Assembly: GCA_027604505.1 (NCBI GenBank) | Contig: JADIIX010000066.1 | Span: 62,001 to 120,947, forward strand | Length of the DNA stretch: 58,947 bases | Source of the DNA: Gonapodya sp. JEL0774 | Taxonomy: Eukaryota | Reading direction: 5' to 3' | The notes under the pieces: model-generated | Told to the model about the DNA's origin: nothing | Databases searched by the model: none | What the model saw: the letters and a program-made list of their open reading frames with translations, nothing else | Program-made: the position numbers and the translations under genes | In this document: positions 36,772-50,547 of the stretch, piece after piece | Layout: each line of letters starts with the position of its first letter | Position numbering within the stretch: position 1 is the stretch's first letter

Positions 36772-39700
36772 TCACATCCATCCCTCGTTCTTTAAATGCT
36801 CTTGCTCTACTCCATCCGTTTCCACACGTAAGGTTATTGTTGGATGTCCTTGATACTCTTTCGCGCTGGCTTCTATATCCCCGGTGCTCCTCGCGCCGTC
36901 CTCCGCGCCCCGCTCACCTGCTTCTTCTGCAAGCCTACCCAACTCTTTCGCATCTTCACGCTCTACCGCCTCTGTCCACGCGACAAGCTCCTCCTTACTT
37001 AGCAGCATGGGGTCTCGTGCTGGGTTCCCATCCTGACTCCCAGGCCACGACCCGCCAGTCCGCCGATTTCGCCGCCCAAAACGGCGGGAAGAATGGCGAG
37101 ATGAAGCAGGGGAGAGTGGGGGAAGCTCGACAACGCGGGATGTAACAGGGACTCGAGTGTGTACGTTCACGAAAACTGAAGCAGAGGAAAAGGTGAAGGG
37201 ATCGGGCCATCGAAGAGGCCACAGAGCACACGCAGCTCACCGTCCGTCTCGTCGACAATCTCCTCCCCTAGTATTTCTTCCAATACATCCTCCAGTGTCA
37301 CGATCCCCAGTGTCACTAACTTCTCCCGCTCTCCCAGCTTTCGCTCTCGCTCAACAACCACAGCCATGTGACTGCCTCCCTGTTCAAAAACCCTCAACAC
37401 TCTCGGCACCGCCATAGACCGGTCAACCACGGGCAGTCGGCGCACGGGGAGATCACGAACAGACACGGCGACGTCGGGGTTGATTGTTATAAGGGACTTG
37501 ACGAGAAGAGCACCAACTATGGTCGAAGGGTTCCGATGGTAGACAGGAATACGCGAGTGACCAGTTGAAAGAATCTGATATTTTTGTGTTATTTTCGCCC
37601 ACATGGTTCTTTGCATGTGTCGCGAAGAAAGCAATATGTACTCACCTCCTCAAGTCGCTTTCTGTCCACCATTTCGTCCAGCCCAATGGCCACCACATCT
37701 TCCAAAGGAGTATGTATCTCCCCGACCCTCTTATCCCTCATCTCCAATACACCCCTCAACAACCTCACTTCATCGGCGGACAAAGGTGGCTCACCCGGGG
37801 TATGAGAGCTGCTGTTCCGCCGATTTGGAGATGATTGTGCATGAGAAGGGCCATGTAGTAACACGAGCTCTTTCAGCTCTGTGTGGCAGGAAGCGAGAGG
37901 GAGGTGAGAGATGACGGTGCTGCAATGGGGGCATTATCTTCGCCAAGCCAATCTCCAGACTCCAGTAGATACTCACCAGCTCTCCTGTACCGCCACATCC
38001 CTTCTTCACCACCCTCTCCCAGTGCCCAATCCAACATGATGGCAATAGGTTTCGCAACGGGGTATAGCAAATACTGTGCCATTCGCACTGGCCGGGCGAA
38101 GAAAGCTCCGATGGCAAGACCATAGCGGGCGCAGACCGCTTGCGGGACAATTCTGGATACAGTGAAGTGTTGGGGTTGAAAATCAATCAATAATGATGAC
38201 CCAGTTGCCCAGATTATGGACTCACTCCCCAAACAAAACGATAAGGCATGTAGATGCGAGAACGGCTTGCCAGCCATCAAGATCGATAGAATGGAATCTA
38301 GAGGTAGGTCGAAGAAGTGTGTGTTTCACGGTCAGAGAGCAACTTAGGGAATAAATAGGCATTCGATGTCCCCTCCGTCTCGTTCCAAAACGTGGATCCT
38401 CCGCGTAAACAAAGCTGACGAAGACGTGGTGGGGCGCACTTCCACATCAACCTTCGGACAGTGTGGTAGTTGCTTTATCTGAATCACAGGACCGCATGCT
38501 GCCCCTTTCACTCGCTTCGCACGTTTGTCCCCTTCAGAGACCTCTTACTCACAAAATGGGCAGTGTCTCGTTCACCACAGTATTTGCCAACAACAACGTC
38601 ACCAACAACCAGTGTGTATCCTTCCTCAACGGCGCGATTGCCTCAGCGTACCCCTTTTGGCGCATCAGTTCGGCGTCAGTTGCATCAAAGGCCGCTTCTG
38701 AGTTGGTCGGTGCCAACTGCGCAGGCAGGAGGGGCGTAAGATCTGAGTCAGGAGAAGAAGACCACGCTGGAGAGTTGAGGGGTGCGGGGGCTTTCGGTTT
38801 TATGAGCTGAGTGGGAGAAGAAGTCTGGGTAGGATTGGAAACTTTGGGTGTGGTGGTTGTGGCGCCGTATCCACTGCCGTTTGCGAGTCCATTTGGCATC
38901 CCGTTTACCTGACCTTTGTGAGATTTATTTGCGTCAGTGTATCCGCTTGATTTTTGCTGCCGTGTTTTGGTTGAGGGCTCCGCCCGCAGAAGAATGGTGA
39001 GAGTTGTGGTGTCCAAGGAGAGGTAACCGAGAGTTAGCCCTGCATATGAGAGCGCCGGGGGAAGGTAAGCAGAGAAACAGGATGAGAAAACATCAGGTCT
39101 GGGATAGTTGTGAGGGGCGAACAGGAGCACTGCCAGTGGAACGTCCTTAAACCTCGTACCAACCGCTGTTGGTCCAGAATTTTAGCGCCAGGTCTTTAGG
39201 ATCCAAGCAAATTGTGTTATAAATTGGGGAATCTGTTCTGGAATAGCCTTCTTCAGGGTATCGTATCACCTGTAGGTCTTGTCCGCGCTTCTCTTGATTC
39301 CAAAGTTTGACCACTCATGAATGCCAGACAACACATCCCAATTTGCAGCACCAGCCATCAACGATAATGACCAAGGGCACCCTGTGACAGCATAAAAGGA
39401 CTGGCATGCACAAGCTCACCTGACAGAATGCCGCCGATCCCAACCAAGCCGATAATCGTACCAATCACACCCCACCATCCAACCAAATCTTCCCAGTCAC
39501 CCGGAATGACTCCTGGAAGTGTTCCGTTACCGGGAAACGTCCCGTTCCCCGGAGCTGATTCATTACCCCCAGGCGCCGGTATCGGGCATCTGCACTTCCT
39601 CGTCACGTGCAGGAGGGAGGCCGTGAGAGGTGCCAGGGCAGCCGAAAGCGACGAGGACGGATGGTGCGGAAAGTAGAAGGATGGCTGGTGGTGTCGGGAA

Positions 39701-39972
39701 ACCGACAACTCTCTACAGTGAGCGTCGCCAGCCAGAGCAACAACTTCCCCATAGACCCAAGACCCCGAAGAGGACGAAACTGATGTTAAGGCCGAGGTTG
39801 TTGCTAGTGTGAAGTTTCCATTTCCAGGCTCTGTTGCCATCCGCGGCATATCTTCTCGCCTTCCATCCACACGATGTCCAAATCCTGCTGGGATGGCTTC
39901 GATGCTGACCAGAAGCGACAAGGATACAAACGCTATACAAATAAAAAGGCGTGATGGCGTGATGGGTCCCAT
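36772..39972 (-). CDS. CNNM/Mam3-like membrane protein (DUF21 plus CBS pair), multi-exon
   Basis: Signal peptide; GGILSG/LTLGYLSLD; HWLLVTLLLANTVVNETLPI; EIVPQAVCARYGLAIGA; GHSRIPVY; GGSHMAVV; GIVTLEDVLEEILGEEIVDETD. Confidence 0.93.
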
Positions 39973-40391
39973 TTGAAGCTCATGTAATTTCAGAATATGC
40001 AGTATGGGCAGTTCCTGTGGGCATTCATATGGTCAGACCAACAAGTCGTGGAATGGAAGGTAGTTTTCCTACATAATTGAGAGAATCCACTCTACTCTAT
40101 CAGTTTTTGATCACCTATTAGATGCTTCCGCTTCCAGATCTATACGTTGCTCGGATCTTGATCACTAAAATTCATTGCTTTTTCTAGTCGCAACCAATAA
40201 TGAAAGCGGGGTAAGCAGTTGGACGACGAGCTCCCTGTGGGAGCAGAGGGCGGCCACCGGTTACGGTTATGATGGTTTACCGTCGGCCGTCATTGATTGT
40301 GCCAGCCTTCGACCACAGAGACAGAACAACCTGAGCACTGCTTCACCCCATCAACGCCCTCACGAACCCTCTGTGCCAGCGTACACCAGAA

Positions 40392-43300
40392 ATGTACGCC
40401 CAGGCCGGGCAGATGCCCGGGTTTTACGGGCAACAGGGTCAAGGAGCTGGAATGCAAGCAAATTCGCAATTGCCGATCCAGCTGTCATTTGCCGGTGATG
40501 CGAATGAACAAAGAGGGTACACTCAAGCATTTTTTGGAGCTGGGGGCCAAGTCGGTGGTGTGGTGTCGTGTGAGTAAGCTCGGAGTGACTGCGTTCAGAG
40601 AGATTTGCCCTTGGGAGAGATGATCAACCACCTGGTTCCAGATTGCGGGAGGGGATCGGGAAAACAGAAAACCGATGCCTTGAATTGGGTGGTGGGTGGT
40701 GGGAAGACCGCTAACTGAAGCAACTGATACAGGAGGATACCTTTCAGTTTGAAATGACACTCGGAGTTGAGCACCGCCAACAGTAAACCATGTCGGACAT
40801 AAGCAGATGATGACGCAATTTAAAAGTGTTGATGGGGCGTGTAAGGAAGTCTTGGGATTTGGTCGGCTATGAACATATTCTAGCCATCAGCAGCAACAGT
40901 GAGACTGAAGCGAAGTTCACAAGAGGACAATTACCTATAATGAAGACTGTGAAGCCGCGACTACGTCGATGTGATGAATCTACGCTCGCAATGGGGCTCA
41001 GCAGCTGATAACCCCGCTCCGCCTTTGCAGCCACGACAGTGCGGGACCTCCTCACCCGATTCAATTTGCCCAAGGATTATTTGGCAAAAATATGGTGAGT
41101 AGTGTGCTCTTTTTGAGAATGTGGTTGAAGTCGATAATGTGGGGTCTTTGGGAGCTGCCTTACGAGTGGGTGGTGAAGTGTCTTTCCTCCAACCTGGGAT
41201 TCGGTGGCCTTTTCAGCGATTGCGCGATTCCTTTTCCACTTTTTCCATATCTTGTCTTCAACTACCTCCCCTCTTTATCAAAATGGTTCCGCAGGACCCT
41301 TTCCTCTGTAACTCCCAACCCCGCCAATCCTGGCCTCACGCTTCCGGAATTCCTTCTCGCATGCTACCTCTGCCGACTTTCTGTTACAACCCGCCAACCT
41401 CCTCCTGATGCAATCCCGGACCAAGCCAGGGCAGAAGTCACGCAGGCTGTGTTTCAACTGAGGGGTGGGCAGACCCAGTCGCACGTACCGACTGGATACC
41501 CACCGCAGCAACAATTCCAACAACAGCCACAGCAGCAACAAATGCAGCAGTATCCTCAGACCCAAGTACAGCAAATGGGTCGGCCTGGAATAGTTGGCGG
41601 ACCTATATCGCCCCAAAACACTGGTTCTGGGTACGTGTACCCTCAGCAACCACATCAACAGCAGATGATACCTCAAATGGGACAGCAGCAGCCTCAATTT
41701 GCAGGATCTCTTGGTGGTCCGCAGTTTCAACAACAGCAACAACAGCAGGTCTCGGGCTTCCAATCAGGCGGATACAACTCTCCACCTCAAACTCAGTCTC
41801 AAACATCGCGGTGGCTTATCACACCGGAAGAGAAGGCTACGTTCGATGCCGTGTTCAGAGCATGGGACTCGAGAAATACCGGTTTTATTTCGGGAGAGGT
41901 TGCAAGGGAAATTTTCGGTCAGAGTGGTTTGGCTCCGAATGTACTAGCGAGAATTTGGTACGCCGATGTTCGGTTCTCCTGTTGACTTTCGGAAACTAAC
42001 ATGACATTTTGCTTACCAATCATTCCCCGACACCACTCCTCAATTAGGGAACTCTCTGCCCGGTCAGACCCCGCTCGTCTCACTTCCGCCGAGTTTGCCG
42101 TTGCAATGTACCTCGTGAACAAAAAGATCCAAGGCGTTGATTTGCCGTCCTCACTTCCACCCGACCTTGTACCCCCGGGCCAGCGTGCACTCGACGAAGC
42201 GGTTGAGGCCGCAAAGAGGACAAGTCTCACTCCTCAGCAGCAGACCCAACAGCGAATTGGTGCACAAGGTCAATTTGGTGGGGGTTATGGGGGAGGTTCG
42301 GCATCCACTCTGGGCCTATCTGCCTCCACCCTCCCTGCGGCGTCAACCAGCATCCTTCCACAGGGATCTGCGGTTGCAATTGCAGGTGGTGGATTTGAGG
42401 AACGTTTCCCGGACGTCGATTCCCTGTTGGCGGACGCCGGCGTTCCACAGTCCACAACAAGGGTCACAACAGCGGCGTCATTGGGTATCGCGCCCGTCCA
42501 GAACACTTTTGGGTCAGGGGTCCCGCCTCCTTCTCAGACGGCTGCATCAGCTTCTGCACCTGCTCTAGGAAATTTCACACCTTCTCTTGTTTCCGCACCT
42601 GCACCTCGCGCGGCTACGTCTGCGCCCTTACGAGATACTTCGGATCGGGAAATCGAACTCCTATCTCAGCTTGTCACGCTGCGTGCAAAACTTGCTCAGC
42701 ACTCTGCTACACGATCACACCTCGGTGCTGCTGTGGCAGCTCAGGCAGACTCGGTCGCTTCCGCCGCCGCCGCCGTGAAGCCAACGGGCGGTGCGCGTAT
42801 TGCAGCACTAACAGCCTCAGAAGATTTCGGAGGTATTGCGAAAGTAGCTGGTGCAATGAAGGAGGCTGCCGAAATCGAGTCGGAGGCGAAGGAAGCAGGG
42901 AAGAGGATCGCGGAGTGGGTTAAGAAGTCCGAAGCAGCAGAGCGGGAGGCGGTCGAAGCAGGACAAGAAAGAGAAGGAAAGGAAGCCGCCTCGAAGGCGG
43001 CGGTAGCAAGATCGACCAATGTATATGGGGCAAGTGGGACGGTCCCACCTCCGTTTGGGAGCTCCTCTTCGACCGTTGCGCCTCCCTTTGGAACCACATC
43101 TGCGACTGTAACACCACCATTTGTGGCCACGCCGTCAATATTCCCGTCGCCTCTTGGCAGTTCCACAATTGGAGCGAGTGCTGCGGCATCTCCCTCGACC
43201 ACCACTGTCCCGCCCCCTTTTGGTTCGTTTTCAGCAACGGGACTGACTTCTATCCCAACACCTCCCGTTCCTGCAACGTCTCCTGCTCTCCCACCTTCGT

Positions 43301-46300
43301 CTTCAGTCGCGTCTATCATAGCATCTACCGCCTCGCTGCCGCCCACTCCATCCCCCGCATCTCCTACATCACTTGCTTCGAATACTTCTCAACCACCAGC
43401 TTCTTCGGCTTCTGATTATGCCCGACGCATAATGGAGCAAGCTCAAGCAGCAATCCGGGACACCCAAACGCGTGCTGCTGAGAACGAACGTAGGGCGAGG
43501 GAGGCTGTCGAAGCAGTTCGCACAGGAAGGGTGGGTATTTCCGGGGGTTCGGGTGCAGCGGGAACTGTGCCACCAAGCGAGGTGGGGAAGTTCGTTGCGC
43601 CAGCCACAACAATTGCGTGGTCATCTCGCGCGCCAGCTCCACCTCCACCCGAGGTTGCGAATGACAGACCCAAACCAAGGGCACCTCCACCGAAACCGAA
43701 GCCTGCGGGCTTGGGAGCCGTTGCGAACGGCAGACCGGACGCGCGCTTACCACCGCCAGCCCCTTCTCTGCCAGCTGTTCTTCCAGAAACTCCTTCGTTT
43801 AGTTCACCCGCTCATGTAGAGCCTGTCTCCGTACCCACTCAACCCATTGCTGGTGCTCCGCAACTTATGCCCACCTCTCTAACTGCTACCGCACAAGTGG
43901 TCAAATCAAACCTCCGCCCTCCTTCACCGGATTCTTGGGCGGAAGAGGACGAGGATGCACAGAAGAAAAAGGACTCTGTTTATCAGCCGGAGACTGTTCC
44001 ATCAAAGGACCTGAAATCGACAGTCTCAACAACTGGGAGTTCGCCGACCCCTGATGCCACCATGATTGGTGGAGATTCATCTAAAATTCCTGCAAGGTCA
44101 TCTCTCGACTTGGATGAAATTGCAAAGCAAGCTCGAGCTGCGCGCGAAGCAGCCAAGAAGAGAGAGACGGATGCTTCGGAGAAACCGCAAGGAGGAATTT
44201 CATTCTCAACGGGGAATCCGTTCGGCCTCCCGCGATCCCGTTCTCCTTCCTCTGTTGCCCAGCGCCCCCGGTCTCGGTCTCCATCCAAAACGGGATTGGA
44301 TGCTCCGGCGGTAGCAGTTCCGCCCAATCCATTCGGAACATTTGGGTCATCAAATCCTTTTGGGGCACAAAGTCCGAGTTTCATTGGTGCTAGTTCATCA
44401 AATCCGTTTGGTCCGCTGGCAACGTCAACAACTGGAAATCCTTTCGGCACGGTCCATTCTCGACGACCCAGTGATTTGGACTGGCTTGGAACTCCGTCCT
44501 CGGATATGGACAAGAACCCAAAGGCGGACGATAATTCTGACATAGTAAAAGCATCGCAGGCTGGGGCACGTGCTGATTTTCGGTCAGAAATTGCAGCTGC
44601 GAGAACTGGAGGCGCTGTAGAAGCCAAGAAGAAACTGGAAGGACTATTTGCGCCCGCTCCTGTAGAGAAAGACACCCCCCCAAATCCCATCAAGCTCGAT
44701 AAAGCTACAGGTGAAACAGATGTTACCAAAAAGCCGAGTGTGCACAAAGAAGTTCTCGATGCAGTTAAGACTGGAAAGGATCTTGGACTTCCTAGTATGG
44801 CCGACAGGAGGGCCCTGTTGGAGAAAAAGTTCAGCGACGTCGGACCTGCAACATCTCCTTCCGGCTCTTCAACCCCTTCGGCTGTTCCAAAACCTGAACC
44901 GGCACGCTCTTGGGAAAAGGTAGAAGTGTCTCCTCTAGCTCCGCCACCCCCTCCACTTGCTCCTGGGGAAATTCCGCCGCCACCGCCTCCCCCGCCACCG
45001 GGCACAAAAGTTAGTGCGCCATCATCTTTGATCAGCAGCCAAGAGAATGTGTATACGCCACCGAAAATCACGCGGTCTGGCTCCCCCCCGATTGCTCCCT
45101 CTTCGTTGGAGCAAAGGAAAGACGTTCCTTTCACTGTGCCGGCAAGCATACCGCTGACTCTTCCGGCTCCGTCTTCTACTCCGCAAGGGGCGACGAGTAG
45201 CAAGGAGACTGATTCATCGTGGGGAGACGTACAAAGCTCCTCCCCGATAGTAGTGTCGACGCCAGAGATTCTCTACCATGTCCGGACTCTCTACCAGTAT
45301 GAGCATACTCAGCCCGATGACCTCACGTTTGATTCGAATTGCGTGATTGCGGTCGAAAAGGAAGAGGGCGACTGGAGATTCGGCAAAATCGTAGAGGGCA
45401 AAGACGGCGTTGGACGGGAGGGCTGGTTCCCATTGACCTACGTCGAAAAGATTGAAAATTTCGTCCCCGGCAGTTTGATGACCACGGCAAATCCGAATCC
45501 GCCGACTCTGACTGTGACAAGTCCCAAGTACGAAGCGAAAGCTGTCGTATCATTCGATTACGCAGCTACTCGCGAGGACGAAATGACTATTCATGCTGGA
45601 GAGCTCCTCGGCATTTTAAACAAAGAAGATCCGGAATGGTGGTTAGCAGAACGATTGGAAGATCCTCAACACAAAGCTGTGGGTGCGGTTGGAGAGCGTG
45701 GCGTTGTACCTCAAACATACGTCGAGATTCAGGAAAATGGCGTACAGGATTTTGAGGAGCGGGGGGGCGGGGGATTCGGAGGCGGCAAGACATGGGTGCC
45801 TGCAGGAAAAGTGAATGGATTTGAGGACACGTTCACAAAAACTGCAGACATAGACCAGGACGTTGCTAACCCTTTCGGATCTTCTGAAGACACACCGTGG
45901 CAAGCAGCAGATTTACCGGCTGCGGTTGTGAGCGAGCCCCCCCGCCAGATGTTAGGAAAGTCAACCTCATCTGCCGTCTCAAAAATTCCGCCGCTGGTGA
46001 GCGTATCACCAGCGGCACTCGCCCGCACCCGACACAGTGGGGTGGACAATGGTGATAAACGGAACTCGAATGGATTTTCATTCATGGGAGACTCTGTCTC
46101 CAGTCCCTCCGGTAGTCCAGAAAGCTCACGCCGAAACAGTATCCCCGCTCCCTTACGTGCTTCGGCGCAGCTTTCTGTGAGCTCGAGTGGAAGCGTTGAA
46201 GGATTGTCATTATCGAGATCTGGTAGTCGTGAAATTGTAAGTGCTGGGTGCATTTGTGGGGAACGGCAGCAATTGTCATGACTCAATATGCAATTCTCGC

Positions 46301-48526
46301 GCACTCCAGTCACCCGCCAAAGAATATGAAACTTGGAGCTCTCGGATGGACCCTCGAATCGTTGATAGCCTTCCTGCCGTTGAGCGTAAGAGACAAGAAG
46401 CAATCTACGAGTTAATCAAGACGGAACAGACATACGTACAAGATCTACAGATTATTGTCGATGTGAGGACCTTTGCGAGAGATTTTCACTCGCCCCTGTT
46501 TCACTCGAAACTTTTGTAGGATTTCCTCAACAATATGGAAAAATTCATGAGACCTGAGGATCTCAAACAGATTTTTTCCAACATCGGCGAAATTTTGGAA
46601 AAGAACGCCACGTATATGAGCGAAATTCTTCAGGTTCAACAAGATGATGGGATGATAGTCCAGGTAATTGGACCCACTTTCCTCAAGCACGTGAGTGAAG
46701 GTGCATTACGACCTCTTGGGTTCGCTCCCTGAACACACTCTTTGAACGAACTTCCAACTCAGTCTAAAACTTTGGATTTGTATAAAATATATTGCGTCGG
46801 CCAAATGGACGCCAGTAAGTTCCTTCAGAAGAAGAGACAAGAGGACAAACAGTTGGGTGACTTCTTAAAGGTGGGTCGGCAATTCCCGCTTTTCGTGGCG
46901 TACATTTACGCGACCGAAATTTGTTCCTATTAATTTTATTTCTTTCGGACTCCGTATTTCTTGACTTACGATCTGCTTTATTTTTCTTCTCGCACGAACA
47001 GGCACGCCAAAGAGACCCCAAATGTCGGAGTCTTGATTTATCGACGTTTTTACTGGAGCCGATGCAGAGACTCACGAGATACCCTCTACTTCTTCGCAAG
47101 GTGGGTTAATCCACCCGCGTCGTTTCTTTCTCTTGTGAACAATGAATTGCTCTCCAAGGTTATTCACTACACCTCCAAGTCTCACCCAGATCACGACAGT
47201 CTATTGATTGCCTTGAATCTTGCTGAGAAAGCGCTGGAGGAGGTGAATGAGCGCGCCAAAGACATCGATAATCGCCGAAAACTTGAAGAGATTTCGGGCT
47301 TTGTTGACTTTGAGAAGGCGGAAGAGGTAAGGATTGTTGGATGCTTACGTTATAAAGTTGTGTCCTTTTGCAGAACCTCAACACCAAACTCAATGATGTC
47401 AAACAGCGGATTGACCTCTTCGCTCCAACTCGCCTTGTTGGGAAGCGTCAGTTTGTTTACGAAGGGTCATTAACCAAAGCCAAGAGCAACAGAAAACTGT
47501 ACGGGTATCTGTTCAACGACCTGCTACTTCTCGTCGAGCGCAAAAGCGCAACCGCCATTAGCGTCGCGAAAAATAATTTTCAATATTGGATGTACCGAAA
47601 GCCGCTACCACTCAGCGAATGTGTTGGGCGCGAGATTCCGCCCAACACGCGATTGCCCTTCAGTGTCGGTGAGTTGTGGGTCAATGACTCTGATATCAAA
47701 GACGCCAAGTTTGTACTTTTTTGTGTTTCGTGTTTGCTCCAGACGAGTCGTGCTTCCAAATCGTTCACATTGAAGACATTATAACGTTCCGAGCGCCTTC
47801 AGCCGCCAATAAGCGGACATGGTTGAATCACTTAGATCGGCAGGTGACAAATCTCTCTGCAGCATCCAAAACTGCAGAGAAACAGAAGCAACATAGGACC
47901 AGTGTCAATACCTTTAATGCAACGGGGACCCTAAAACTTACTATTCTCGAAGGCACAGATATTTTGCAGCCCGACATCAGTGAGTTCCCTAAAGCTTTTA
48001 CCACACGTGGTCCATCGTTTGATGTTTTAACTTTCAATCCCATTTCATCAAACAGCGAAGATAGAGGTCTTCTGTAGGGCGGAGGTTGGCCATCAGTCCA
48101 TCAAGACGAAGGTTGTTCGAGATTCTGCCCTCCGATTCAACCAGGTGATAACGTGTAAATGGATTTTTGATTTCATCATTCATTCATTTAACAATATTTT
48201 TTTCATTTTTTGCGTTCGGATTCCAGACACTAATGTTTAGTGTTGAGAATCTCGACGAGACTGTACGCATAACGGTTTTAAACTCCGACAAGTACTCACA
48301 GGATGGTGAGTCTTTTGAGCGTTTGAGCGAGAATCTTGGGAATTCGTTTTCAATTGGATCTTCTTTGCGTTTCCATGTGAATATAGAAGTTTTGGGTGTT
48401 GCAGAAATGCAGCTCGACTTCCTCGAGTACTACGGCGAGAATGAGACACGCATCAGCCTTCCACTGAAAAATGCCGCGCCGCGTGCCGCACTTGCTGCAG
48501 CAATGCAATTTGTGCGGCATGTGTAG
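40392..48526 (+). CDS. Intersectin/Cin1-like endocytic scaffold: EH-EH-coiled coil-Pro-rich-SH3-SH3-DH-PH-C2
   Basis: [17 protein letters not shown]...[16 protein letters not shown]...[11 protein letters not shown]3s: RTLYQYE...DDLTF...GWFPLTYV and [11 protein letters not shown]...EWW...[32 protein letters not shown]...[28 protein letters not shown]2: [10 protein letters not shown]...SDKYSQDEVLG. Confidence 0.92.
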
Positions 48527-48739
48527 TTGTCTGTGTGTGCGCATTGGAAATGACATGTATTTCTGTTTTATGATCCCACATTGCACCTCTCTATGTCAAT
48601 ATAAACGGTTAGTCTGCAACGAAGCGCACTCTTCAACCTTACAACAATGACATTACACGAATGAGTTGTATTATTCGCACCTCCTCCGGCATGCCGCAAC
48701 TGCGACCAAACCAACTATCCTCTATCTACAATCGTCCAT

Positions 48740-50547
48740 TTACATGATCTGGTCCAGTGCCTTCCTCGAGACTTCGACACCCAAGAAGTTGGCAGCGTTG
48801 GCTGTACGAGGTCAAACGAGGAGTCCACAAGTCCTGAGCCACTACTACTGTTTCACGAATAGAAAACTGCAACTCACCAGGGAACGCTCGCAACATGGCG
48901 GGGCCCAGACCCTTGAAGAGCGCTCCAGGGCCTTCGGCTGCGACGGTTTTCAATGTGCAGTCCACAATTCCCTTGTATGTGCCAGCGGGAGAGGACTGAA
49001 TTCGAGATTTGATGACATCGGGGGGCTGTGTGGAGGGAGGTGGAATGATTTGGTGTTGGACATGGTCAGTTTCAATGACAAAGCTGTAGCAAGTTGTTTC
49101 GCCCCTCCACAACTTACGATCGCAACGGTCCAGTTCGCAACACCTGCCATACCGCCCGCAAAAAGAACAGCACCGGGACTGAGCTGCCCTGAGGCTGGAC
49201 TCAGAGCACCCTTTATAAGTTCGTACGTGGCGAACCATGCCATGGACGCAGGCCCGTCCCGGACGAGCGTAGCAGTGGTACCTCGGAACAAACTCCTCAT
49301 GCCACCGTCTTTCCAAACGTGGCTTGTGGCCTGGGCGAGAGTTTTGTAGGGGGAGTTGGGAGTTTGAAGGACGATTTTAATCCGTTCCATCGGGCCCATG
49401 AGGAGGGTGCCGGGGATGGCGGAGTAGAAACCGGCTTGGCAGATTTGCCAAGTAGAGAGAGGTGCTTCAGGCTAAATCGTTGGGAGGGCAGTTGTTGGTG
49501 ACAGGAAGATCAAAGAATCGATGTATGGGGAGTCAAATGGGTGGTTGAACATGGAGTCCCAAGAAGAACAATTAGCACAATAATGTCTCGCCATCAGTGG
49601 ACAAAGTTAAGATGGATTCACCGTCACGAACTCACCTTGTTGGAGTACCATCGGACAAATTGAGCTCCCATCTCGTAACCCCAGAAGTACAGAGCGAACA
49701 CGCTGGCGTTTCCCCAATTCCCGGAAAAAATAACACAAACATATAAAATCAATTGAAATGACGACGAAGTATTCAATACTGATTTCTGACGAATCCAAAT
49801 GACCACTCACGGTGTAATGCCGAGGATGGGTGGGATCACTCCCCTGTACAAACCCAGAACACCGTCAGCCTTGATGGCTTTGCGAATGACATCAAGAGTT
49901 CCGGAGTATTCTCCGGGTTTGGCGGTTTGGAGGCGTACTCTGTGGGGAACATCCAAGAAATCAGATGAGAAATGGACTGGTGATAAGAAGATCAATAGGC
50001 CCAGCGCCGGACTGATTGGACATCGATTGAGCAGATTGATAAAAAATGAATTCCTTTGGCGAAAAGTTCTTGATTTTCGGGATGCCGTCATCGAGCATAA
50101 GAGGATACAACATCTTCTTCACTTTCGCGTCCAGGGCAAACTCTGTTCCCCATTTCCATCGAAGAGCCCCCAGTCCCGTACAATTCACAGTAACTCACTT
50201 AATAAGGTCAAAGGGGTGTCCGACTAGAACCAAACAGATGCCGCCGAAACCACCGGAAATGAATGACTGACGGAGTGCGAGAGATGACGAGGCAGCATCC
50301 GGAAAGCATTTGACGCCCGCCATGAATTACATGAGCGCGTGATAAAGGAACGAGATCATTTGCGGTGCCGTAATTGATTTCCGCGCAAATGTTTGGGTTG
50401 TCGGAATCCGGAGAACGGAGCGAAACGATTCATCAAGGAAATTGGATGAGATGGCACCGGCTGCTCCGCCTGAAAAGAACACACTTTTAATCCGGCGAGT
50501 CCGCGTCCTTTCTTCGGGGTCTCGACGGCAGGTGCTTCGCTCGACAT
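48740..50547 (-). CDS. CRC1: Mitochondrial carnitine/acylcarnitine carrier (SLC25A20/CRC1-like)
   Basis: SFISGGFGGICLVLVGHPFDLIK/VRLQT, PMERIKIVLQ, FRGTTATLVRDGPASMAWF, AI/PPDVIKSRIQ, FKGLGPAMLRAFP/ANAANFLGVE. Confidence 0.93.

Noticed and set aside
43983..45203. 406-aa antisense ORF (also the antisense ORFs at 14934-15461 and 10073-10768)
   Set aside because: These are shadows of well-supported genes on the opposite strand, explained by codon bias and repeats.
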